Assembly: GCA_020137815.1 (NCBI GenBank)
Contig: CM035355.1
Span: 930,001-994,000, forward strand
Source: Hormiphora californensis
Lineage: Eukaryota > Animalia > Ctenophora
DNA length: 64,000 bases
Direction of reading: 5' to 3'
Part shown: one piece after another, positions 29,401 to 41,400 of the stretch
Layout: each line of letters opens with the position of its first letter
How positions within the stretch are numbered: the stretch's first letter is position 1
Made by a program: the position numbers and the translations under genes
The notes under the pieces: generated by a model
The model's input: only the letters and a program-made list of their open reading frames with translations
Told to the model about the DNA's origin: nothing
Database searches by the model: none

Positions 29401-32400
29401 ATGAACTTTGGTAGCCAGTACCGGGAGTTCCCGGGTCTGAATGACCTACAACTGATGTGCAGTGGAGGTGAAGTAGTCCGCACCAGCTCTTTCCCGCTAG
29501 CCATAAACAGTCCAGTAATGTGCGATTTAGTTGGTACCCAGGGAATGAAAGAGCTAGACGTGGAGGAATTTTCGGAGCCCTCGGTGAATTGTTTCGTCTA
29601 TGCATGTTACTCGGGTTATTTAACTCTCCTCAAGAAGCAAAACTTTCGGGAGGTCAACAAAATGTGTGCAGTGTTTAAGGTCCAATGGATGATAGACAGC
29701 TGTCTCAAATTCTTTACTGGCCTCTGCTCCGAGCTTACCGAAGAATCCTTTGAAACAGCATGGTATCTGTTCGAGGAAGCGGCATACATCCTCAAGGAGA
29801 GGAACAGCAGAGAGCTGGAAAAGCTTTTAAAAAACAGATTGGAAGAATTGCCTACTCTCAGATTGGCACTGATAAATGAATTTCTCTCACGTGATCCTAA
29901 CGAACAGGAGTTCATGTACACCAAGCTTTGTTTATCCCTGGCTGGAAAGTCAACCCCTGTTCTTCATAGTTGGCTAATTACCCTGATAGAAAATAAGACC
30001 CCTCCCGTGGAACTTAGTGGAGTCGAAAAACAGTTCCTCAAATCCCAAACCCTGACGATTTGTTCCCAAGAGGATCCTGAAGTCTACAAAAAGTTGGTCA
30101 ATACTCTCCAATCTTTATTGGGCAACGAAGATCTTGGTGCATTATTTGCAACATTCCTTCAGGTTCAAATGATGCCAGTAGTACCCAGTCCCTCGAGTAG
30201 CTCCCAGTACAAACCTGACCAGATTGTGTATCCTATAGAAATACCAGCTCTTGGAGGGTGCACTTCCTTTCTGGATGCTGTGAAAGTACTTGATGGGGAA
30301 ACGAGAATTAATTCATGTTCCCAGTTTGTAATATCTCTATCCTACTGCTGTGACATGTTTGACGACACATCTTCACAGGACGTTGTTGATGCAATAACAG
30401 CAGCACTGGAGAAGCGACGTAACAACACTACACTCGGGCTATTTGGAGTCTCACTGTTAACCGAATTGGGGTACTTTAGAAACTTTACTGGAGTTAGCGG
30501 AGTTGTGGAGCAGTACATGAGAGAGAAGGAGGACAGTGCAGTTGGATTGTATGTGGATGCTCTATATGATGTCCCATTGAAGTTCCCACTGCAGCATTCC
30601 AGAACCGTGTTCCTTGACCTGCATGATGATGGACCAAGTTACTGTAATGAAAACCCAAAGGGGTCCAAGAAAAGATGCAAGTTGGCTGTGGAGTTTTCAT
30701 TGACTCTTTCAACTGATCAATCGTGGCCAATAATTACCACTAAATTAGTGACGGATCAAACAATTTTAGAATCTCGAACAGACTCTCATTTTCACCAAGA
30801 CCCTGAATTGCTCCAGTATCTTTGGATTGATGATTTTGGTGATCACGGTATCTTCTCCTTCACGGTGTGTAGTGATATAAACACTCCAACTACCACACTA
30901 CGAAGATTCTACGAGCACTGTAATGAACACAATATGGTGTACATTGATATCGGGTTACCTTGTGTAGAACTTGGCTAGCTGTGTTGTTACATCTTCCAAT
31001 GTACTGAGTGGCTACTAGATAAATGACAATGAGATATTTTCTCAAAATAAACTAATTGTGTGGTCAATATTATTGTATGATTCGATTTGGGTTGCGTCGT
31101 GTGAAGGATTGTTGATTCCCTTTATACTGTATGTTTATATTTAACCTAATTAATGATTATGATAATGTTTTGAATTAATTAAGTCTAACGGTGTCTACCT
31201 AGTCCCAGTTATAGTGAATGTTATGTATACCACCACAGTTTGGCCACAATAGGGCTCTAAACTAAGGTTGTGTTTTCCCATCATGGGGCTCTATAATGGT
31301 GTTATTTATCACGTGATACTCATATGTTGGTGTTGGTGGCCACGTAAAGCACAAATATTAACTGAATCAATAAGTTGACCGATCTAATCGGATGTCTTTG
31401 GCAAACATAATTATCATGAAATTTATTTAATAACACATCGATATAACACACGTGTTGGGCAAAAAAAATGTCCCCCCTAGACTAGCATAGTTCCAGATAT
31501 CGTAGAGCTCTAAAATTTTACACAGCTGTTCTATGGGACAAATAAATAGGTTCCACAAAATTTCAGACTTTTAGCTCAAAGTTCTTTTTTTTTTATAGGA
31601 ATGAACATTGTCATTCATTCCAAAAAACATGATTATTCGTTCCAGAAGTCAGGCAATTGTCTTTGGCTATCGATTTTCTTTCAAATGCGACCAAGAAAAG
31701 CCAAAACGGACAACCACAAGACACACAGTGGTCATGTTTCTGACAGTTAGTCAGGTTATGTGATCCCCACCGAATCGAGAATTGCTAATCAGGCTTAGTG
31801 GGGAAGAATCACGTATCACAATCGCTAATGAGAGATGTGTATTGAAAAAGCGACATGTGATTCGAGAGCACTTGGCTAAAGAGGCCACTTGTTAATGAGC
31901 TTCGGATCTCATGACCAATCGTCATCGTCATCCCTCATAAGCGGCTGTGTTACGTGATTCTCCACCACTAAGCCTGATTAGCGATTCTGAATAACTTACA
32001 CGATTCGGTGGGGATCACATGACCTGACTAACTGTCAGAAACATGACCACTGTGTGCCTTGTGGTTGTCCGTTTTGGCTTTTCTTGGTCGCATTTGAAAG
32101 AAAGAAAAATAGCCAAAAACAATTGCCGGGCCTTTTGGAAAGGGGAAAAATCTGTTTTTTGGAATGAATGACAATGTTTTCCCATCAAAAAAATTTAAAA
32201 ATTTTGGGGCCCAAAAAAAATCTTTAAATTTTGTTTGGGAAACCCATTTATTGGGCCCCTAGAAAAAGCTGTGTAAAATTTTAGAGCTCTTTCGATATTG
32301 GAACTTGCTGTCTAGGGGGGACATTTTTTTGCCCAAAAAACGGGACTAGTTTTTATTTTTTTTCAACAGTTCACACTATTGTCAGCCCGTATACCCCCGT

Positions 32401-35400
32401 TTTTGTTTCAAAAAGTACATCAGGGTCCCTAGCAAATTTATTTTTCACACTTCCAATTTCCCTGGGCCTTGGAAAACCCTCTAATTTTGGTTAAAAATCA
32501 TCAAAATTTCCCGGTAAGATGACCCGGATTGGTGTTTTCTCATAAGGGACCCGAATCAGCCCCTTCCCCCTGTCCCCTACTCCTAAAAAAAATACTGTAC
32601 CGGGGGCATTAGGGGTTTAGGGAATATCCAGGGATCCCTCATAGGTGCCTGCCAAAAAGGGAAAATTCCCTAAGATTTAAGGAAGAAAAAACAGAGATTG
32701 GGAAGAAAAAAGGCCCAAGAAAGAAGGGAACCCTTGTTTTAAAGGGAAAAGATAGGTAGAGGGCGTTGGGGTCAGGGGCACACATTGCCCGGGCTCAGTT
32801 TCAACCACTCAAACCCCAAAAAACTTTTTACCTCAAAACGCGACCCTTTTTGGAAATAGTTTGTCTTTGTTAAAAAGTGGGTGGTTTACTAAATTTCCTC
32901 GTTATAAAGTGACCTAACACCAAAAACCCCTAGACCAAGTTATACCACGTTCATCCCCTACTCGAAAAATTTACCAGTCAGGAAAAAAACTGTAAACCCT
33001 AATTAAAAAGGTTTGAAAAAGCTTTGGGGCACCCCATAGCTAAACTGAAACATTTCGTTTAAAACCCAAAAATTCAGCCCCTTTTCCCCAAAAATGTGGT
33101 TTTAAAACCCGGGTTTTAAAAAACCAGTAACCCCTTTTTCCCCGAGTTTTCCAGGAAAATGCCCCTCGACAGGGTGGTCTTGGCCCGAGTTTCCCCGATG
33201 AGTGGGTTTTTTTACCCTGCTGCCCAAAATGTTTTAAAAAATAGGTAAAGGGGGGGTTTAAAACAGCGTACGATGGCAAAATTTGAAACTGTACCCCCCG
33301 GGAAACCCCGGGGGGAATATTTCTCCGGGGGGGGACATCCTTTTCACTGGGGGCACTCCAACATTGTTCCAAACTGTCAACAATCTGGGGAAAACAAGCT
33401 GGTAGTTGGGTTTTGGACAATGCCAGGGGAGGGGAGCATGGGGGGGGGGAGATCATCCCCCTTCCCCACAAATTTTACATACCAAAACTCCAACAATAAA
33501 CCCCCTAAAAAAAAGCCCCCCCAAAATTTGCTGACCCCATCGCACTGATTGTTTTCTCCTCCCCCTACTGTTTTAAGATTTCCACCATACCCCGTGTTTT
33601 GGGGTAGCATAGGTGATCCCCAGGGTTTGAGGATTTTTCGCACGAAACTAACCCCCCCATAAGTGAAACCCTATAGAACAAATGCGGGTTTTTGCAGTAT
33701 GCAGTGGGGGGGCGCCCAGCTAGGTGCAGAGAAAACATAAGAAAAAAAATGTAGTGAAAAAAGCCAAAGAAAGTGATATCAGCCCCCCCGACATGGATTT
33801 TTCCCCGTCCCCTTGCTTTGTTACCAAAAACAACATCAAACCCGACCAACAACCAGTATCATGTTTTTAAATAGTCAATGATTCCCTAATCCCTTTAAAA
33901 TGGGCTCTTAGCAGTACCCCTTTTCCAGGATGGGGTTGGTTTTTACCATTTTTATTTGATTAGATTTGGTTGTCCCCGAAAAAAATTTTTGGGACCTTTT
34001 CCCAATTAAGCCCAATTCCGATTTAAAAACCCTTTTTAGGGCCCTTTAATCTATAAAAAAAAAGCGCACCCAACGCCTTTATTTTCCCCAAATTTTATAG
34101 TCAACCCCCATGGAAATTCCGAATTTTACCGTACCAATTAAAATTTGGTAGCTAGTACCCGGGGGTTTCCCCGGGGGCGGGAAAGACCCACAAACTGAGG
34201 GTGGAGGGGGAAGTGGGGAAATATTTCCCCAACCCGGTCTTTCCCCTAGGCCCCTTTAAAAAGTCGGTAATGTGCGATTTTGTCGGTACCCAGGGAATGA
34301 AAGAGTTTGACGTGGAGGAATTTTTTGGGGTCCCCGGGTGAATTGTTTGTCTATGCATGTTACTCGGGTTTAATTTTAAATTCCTTTAAGAAGCAAAAAA
34401 TTTTTGGGAGGGGCAACAAAAAGTGTGCAGTGTTTAAAGGCCAAAGGATGATAGCAGCTGCTCAAATTTTCACCGGCCTCTGCTCGGGCCTTTTCCGAAG
34501 AATCCTTTTAAAAAAGCTGGTAATTTTTTTCGGGAAAAGGGGGATCCCTCCCCCAAGGAGAGGAAAAAGCAGAGAGTGGAAAAGCTTTTTAAAAAAACCC
34601 GATTTTTAAAAATTTCCTCTTTTCAGGGGTGGTTTTTGATAAAAGAAATTTTTTCCACGTGATTTTTAAAAGAAAAAGGAGTTTAGTACACCCAAACTTT
34701 GTTATCCCTGGCTTTGGGAAAATTAACCCCCTTTTTTCTGTTGGCTTTTACCCCGATAGAAAAAAAAGACCCCTCCCCTGGAACCCTTTGTGGAGTCGAA
34801 AAAAAAAGTTCCCCAAATCCCAAAACCCCTGACGATTGTTCCCCAAAAGGATCGGAAAGTGTACCCAAAAAAATTTGGGTTTGTACCTCCAATCTTTTAT
34901 TGGGGAACGAAGACTTGGTTTCATTTTTTGGCCCAAAGTTCCTTTAGGTTCAAAAAGAGCCGTAGGACCAGGGCCCCGAAAATGCCCAGTACAAACCAAC
35001 CCGATTGTGATCCTAATAGAAATACCCGCCCCTTTTGGGGGGGGTTTCAATTCCTTTTTGGATGCTTGAAAAATACTTGATTGGGGGGGAAAAGAGAAAT
35101 TTTAATTTTGTTTCCAGTTTGTAAGTCCCTTTTTGGACTACTGGGTGTGAAATGTTTTGGGGAAACATCTCAGGATGTTTCTGACCCAAAAAAAGGAAAC
35201 ACGGGGGAACGACGTAAAAACACTACCGGGGCATTTGAGTCTCCCCTGTTTTCTAAACCCGGGGGGGTACTTGGGGAAAATTTTCCTGAAAATAAGGGGG
35301 AAATTGTGGAGAAGTACAGGGGAGAGAAGGAGGGCCCGGGAGTTATATTTTATGGGGATGCTTTTAATGATTTGGGCCCCTTGGAGTTCCCCTTTCCCGC

Positions 35401-38400
35401 ATTTCCCGAACCGTGTTCCTTGGGCCCGCATTGGGACCAACAAATTACTTAATGAAAAACCCAAAAAGGGGGCCAAAAAAAAAGATGGGAAGTTGGCGTT
35501 GGGGGTTTCAAGTCTCTTAAAAATGAAACAATCGTGGCCAATAATTCCAAATACATTGTGGGCGGATCAAAAAATTTTTGGGAATCTAAACAAAACCCCA
35601 AATTTTCCCCCAAGACCCTGAATTGGCCCCGTATTAATTTTGGGTTGTTGGTTTTAGTTTCCTTCGGTTTTCCCCTTTCCTTCACTGTGTTTATGATGGT
35701 CTCGGGATTTCCTCCCCTTCATGGGGTTTTGTGACATGAAAACCCCAACCCACCAAACTACGAAGATTTTAAGAGCACTGGAATAAAACACAATGAAAAT
35801 ATTTCCTTTTGGGTTTAGGTTAAATTTGTTTTAAATCTTTGGTAGCTGTGTTTTTAACCCTTTTAATGTACTTGGAGTGGCTACTAGATAAATGACAATG
35901 AGAAAATTTTTCCCCAAAATTTAAAAAAAATGTGTGGTCCCCAAAATTTTTTTCAGTTTGGGATTGTAGTTTCGATTTTTGTTGGTGTGAAGGGGTTTTT
36001 TGATTCCCTTAGTGTATTTAAAATTTTAAAACCCAATTAATGATTATGGGTTGTTTTGAATTAATTAAATTAACGGTGTCTACCTAAATCCCCCGTTAAG
36101 TGAATATATGATTTCCACAGTTTCGCCACAACAGGGGTCTAAAAATAAGGTTGTGTTTTCCCCTTATGGGGCCTATAAGGGGGGTTTTTTATCCCCGTGA
36201 AAATCTATATTGGGTGGCCACGTTTTAAAAACCCAAAAATTAAATGGGAAACAATTAAATTTAAACCCTCTAAGGGGTGTTTGACCCAAATAAATATCAA
36301 AAAAATTATTTAAAAACACATCGAATTTTTACATAAATTTATTTTTTCTATATCAAAAAGTTCACACAGTTTGTCAGCCCCGTATCACCCCCGTTTTTGT
36401 CATCAAGAGGACTATATATAAGAAAAATTTTTATTCTTCAATAAATTCCAATCCATGGTTGCCCTTTGGTAAAAAAGTCTATAGGGTTTAAACATCAAAT
36501 ATTTCCGGGGTGAAAAATGAATGGGTTGGTGTTACTCATCCGGACCTTTAATCAGCTCCCTTTCCCCCCGCTCCCAAACTCCCAAAGACATTTTGATAAC
36601 CCTGGTCTGTTTGGAATGCAATCATCCAGATCCCTTTGTTTGGGGCCCCGCCCAGAAGAACATCCACTTTAAAATGAAGGAAACAATGCAGAGGGGTGGA
36701 AAAGGAAAGGGTAAGATAAAAATGAAAAATGTGAAAGGGAAAAGATATTTAACGGAAGGGTTTGGGGCAGGGCACCCCCTTTTCAGTCCCCAAATTTCTA
36801 GACCACTTTAACCCGAACCCCCTTTTACCTAAAATGCGGGCCCTCTTAGGAAAAAAGTTTTTCTTTTTTAAAGGGGTTTGGGGTGGTTACTAATTCCCTG
36901 TTTTAAAGTGAAAAAAAAAACCAAACCCAATCAGCACCATAGTTATACCATGTATCACTCCCATACTCGAACATTTCACCAGTCAAGTAAAATACTGCTA
37001 CCGTAATTCCAAGGTAGAAGAGCTTGGTGCACCCTATAGCTAAACTGAAGCTATTCCGTTTAAACCAAAACTTCAGACCTTTCCCAAAGATGTGGTGTTT
37101 AAACCGGTAATACAACCAGCTAACCACTTTCTCCTGAGTTTTCTCAGCAGCCTGCCCGTCTGACAGGGTGGTCTTGCAGAGTTGCCTGATGAGTGGTTTG
37201 TACTCCCCTGCTGCAAAGTGTTTGAAAAGTAGGTAGGGTGTGTAATAAGCAGCTGCTACGATGGCAAAGTAGAACTGTACCCACTGGTACCACAGGTGGA
37301 ATATCTTCTCCGGGGGCAGGACATCCTTCTCACTGGGACACTCTAACCTTGTTCCATCTGTCAGCAATCTGGGTACACATGCTGGTAGTTGGTCTGGCAC
37401 AATGCCAGGGTAGGGGAGCATGGGGGTGGGGAGATCATACGCCTCTCTCACAGTATACATGCCAATACTCCAACAATAATCTTCTACAAACTGCTGCCCA
37501 AACTTGCTGACCCCATCGCACGTGATCGTCTCTCCTCCGTACTGTTTTTGAGATACCACCATACACACGTGTTTTGGATAGCATAGCTGATCCCCAGGTT
37601 AGTGGATTTGTCGCACGCAACTCACCGCACTAGAGTGCATACCCTATAGAATATAATGCAGTTGTTGCAGTGCAGTGGGGTGGTGCCCAGCAATGCTGTA
37701 GAGAAATATGTACCGAAAGGACCAGAGCTGAAACGCCGTAGAAAGTGATATCAGCACCCCGACATCGGATTTATCCTAGTCACCTTGCTTTGCTTACATC
37801 CACAATAACCGCAAACCTGTACCAACAACCAGTATCATGTTGTTATAGTCACATGATTCATAGTCCATACCCATATAGTTATGCGGCTCACCACCCTTTA
37901 CGAGTGAATGGTTTCGTGTCCCGTTTTCTCCAATTTAGCCCATCGATTTCGATTTAAAACTTTTCTAGCTTGTTCATTATATTAACCCTTGAATCTATAT
38001 AACGAGTGTCTATTTTTAGAAAATAATTGATTTTTTACGCGAACGAATTACGTGTTCATTTGATATTTTGGACATGTTCCTGAGTTAGTTATTGACAAGA
38101 TAAAACCGGTTAAAGGTCTCTAACCCATGTATTTCTCCTCAAAATCGGTACACGACATTATTTCTGGGACACGACATTATTTCTGGGACACAACATTATT
38201 TCTGGGACACGACATTATTTCTGGGACACGACATTCTTTCTGGGACACGACATTCTTTCTGGGACACGACATTTGTTAATCCATATACCTTAACACCTCA
38301 TTTTCCTATATAATATTATATAGTCACCACCATGGAAATTCCAAATTGTACCGTACCCATGAACTTTGGTAGCCAGTACCGGGAGTTCCCGGGTCTGAAT

Positions 38401-41400
38401 GACCTACAACTGATGTGCAGTGGAGGTGAAGTAGTCCGCACCAGCTCTTTCCCGCTAGCCATAAACAGTCCGGTAATGTGCAATTTGGTCGGTACCCAGG
38501 GCATGAAGGAGCTAGACTTGGAGGAATTTTCGGAGCCCTCGGTGAATTGTTTCGTCTATGCATGTTACTCGGGTTATTTAACTCTCCTCAAGAAGCAAAA
38601 CTTCCGGGAGGTCAACAAAATGTGTGCAGTGTTTAAGGTCCAATGGATGATAGACAGCTGTCTCAAATTCTTTACTGGCCTCTGCTCTGACCTTACCGAA
38701 GAATCCTTTGAAACAGCATGGTATTTGTTCGAGGAAGCGGCATACATCCTCAAGGACAGGAACAGCAGAGAGCTGGAAGAACCTTTAAAAAACAGATTGG
38801 AAGAATTGCCTACTCTCAGATTGGCACTGATAAATGAATTTCTCTCACGTGATCCTAACAAACAAGAGTTCATGTACACCAAGCTTTGTTTATCCCTGGC
38901 TGGAAAGTCAACCCCTGTTCTTCATAGTTGGCTAATTACCCTGATAGAAAATAAGACCCCTCCCGTGGAACTTAGTGGAGTCGAAAAACAGTTCCTCAAA
39001 TCCCAAACCCTGACGATTTGTTCCCAAGAGGATCCTGAAGTCTACAAAAAGTTGGTCATTACTCTCCAATCTTCATTGTGCAACGAAGATCTTGGTGCAT
39101 TATTTGCAACGTTCCTTCAGGTTCAAATGATGCCAGTAGTACCCAGTCCCTCGAGTAGCTCCCATTACAAACCTGACCAGATTATGAATCCTATAGAAAT
39201 ACCAGCTCTTGGAGGGTGCAATTCCTTTCTGGATGCTGTGAAAGTACTTGATGGGGAAACGAGAATTAATTCATGTTTCCAGTTTGTAATATCCTTGTAC
39301 TACTGCTGTGAAATGTTTGGCGACACATCTTCACAGGATGTTGCTGATGCAATAACAGCAGCACTGGATAAGCGCCGTAACAACACTACACGCGGGCTAT
39401 TTGGAGTCTCACTGTTAACCGAATTGGGGTATTTTGGAAACTTTACTGGAGTTAGCGGAGTTGTGGAGCAGTACATGAGAGAGAAGGAGGACAGTGTAGT
39501 TGAATGGTATTGGGATTATGTATATGATAGCCCATTGGAGTTCCCATTGCAGCATTCCGAAAACGTGTTTCTCGGCCTGCATTATGGACCAACAAGTTAC
39601 TGTAATGAAAACCCAAAAGGGTCCAAGAAAAGATGCAAGTTGGCTGTGGAGGTTTCAATGTCTCTTACAAATGATAAATCGTGGCCGATAATTACTACTA
39701 AATTAGTGACGGATCAAACAATTTTAGAATCTCAAACACACTCTCATTTTCACCAAGACCCTGAATTGCTCCAGTACATTATAATTGATGATTATGGTGG
39801 TCCCGGTATCTTACCCTTAATGGTGTGTAGTGACATGAACACTCCAACTACCACACTACGTAGATTCTACGAGCACTGTAATAAACACTATATGATGTTC
39901 ATTGTTATCGGGTTACCTCGTGTAAAACTTGGTTAGCTATGTTGTTACATCTTCCAATGTACTGAGTGGCTAAATGACAATGAGATATGCAGTAACTGAC
40001 ACAAAATAAACTAATTGTGTGGTCCGATATTATTAGATGTATGGTATTGTATGATTCGATTTGGGTTGCGTCATGTGAAGGATTGTTGGTTCCCTTAGTG
40101 TATGTTTATATTAAACCTAATTAATGTTTATAATAATGTTTTGAATTAATTAAGTCTAACGGTGTCTACCTAGTCCCAGTTATAGTGAATATATGTCTAC
40201 CACAGTTTCGCCACAACAGGGATCTAAACTAAGGTTGTGTTTTCCCATCATGGGGCTCTATAATGGTGTTATTTATCACGTGATATATATGTTGGTGTTG
40301 GTGGCCACGTAAAGCACAAATATTAACTGAATCAATAAGTTGACTGATCTAATCGGATGTCTTTGACAAACATAAATATCATAAAATTTATTTAATAACA
40401 CATCGATATACATAGTTTATTTTATCTATATCAACAGTTCACACTAGTTTGTCAGCCTGTATCACCCCCGTATTGTCATCAACAGTACTATCATGATCCA
40501 AAGCAAATTGATTCTTCACTACTTCCACATCCATGGTTGCCTTGGTAACAAGTCTATAGGTTAACTCATCAAATATCCTGGTGAAGATGACTGGATTGGT
40601 GTTACTCATCAGCACCTGAATCAGCTCTCTTCCCCCTGCTCCAATACTCCTAAAGACATACTGATACCGGGGTCTATTAGGCATCATGCAATCATCCAGC
40701 ATCCTCTCGTAGGTGCCTCGCCAGAAGAACATCTCACTAAGATGAAGGAAGCAACTGCAGAGATTGGAGAAGAAGGCTAAGATAAGAATGAACCATGTGA
40801 TAAGGAAGAGATATTGATAGAGGACGTTAGGGGTCAGGACACACATTGCAGTCTCAGTTTCTAGACCACTCAATCCGAACCGCTGAACCTCACACGCGAC
40901 CATCTTAGGAAATAGTTTATCTTTGTTAAGAGTGGTGTGGTTTACTAAATTCTCCTCGTATAAAGTGAACCTGACACCAAACCAATCAGCACCATAGTTA
41001 TACCATGTCTCACTCCCATACTCGAACATTTCACCAGTCAGGTAAAATACTGCTACCGTAATACCAAGGTAGAAGAGCTTGGTGCACCCTATAGCTAAAC
41101 TGAAGCTATTTCGTTTAAACCAAAACTTCAGACCTTTCCCAAAGATGTGGTGTTTAAACCGGTAATACAACCAGCTAACCACTTTCTCCTGAGTCTTCTC
41201 AGCAGCCTGCCCGTCTGACAGGGTGGTCTTGCAGAGTTGCCTGATGAGTGGTTTGTACTCCCCTGCTGCAAAGTGTTTGAAAAGTAGGTAGGGTGTGTAA
41301 TAAGCAGCTGCTACGATGGCAAAGTAGAACTGTACCCACTGGTACCACAGGTGGAATATCTTCTCCGGGGGCAGGACATCCTTCTCACTGAGACACTCCA

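Noticed and set aside
33040-36811. Many short K/F/G/P-rich ORFs
   Set aside because: Artefacts of homopolymer-corrupted copies of the BTB and innexin genes.
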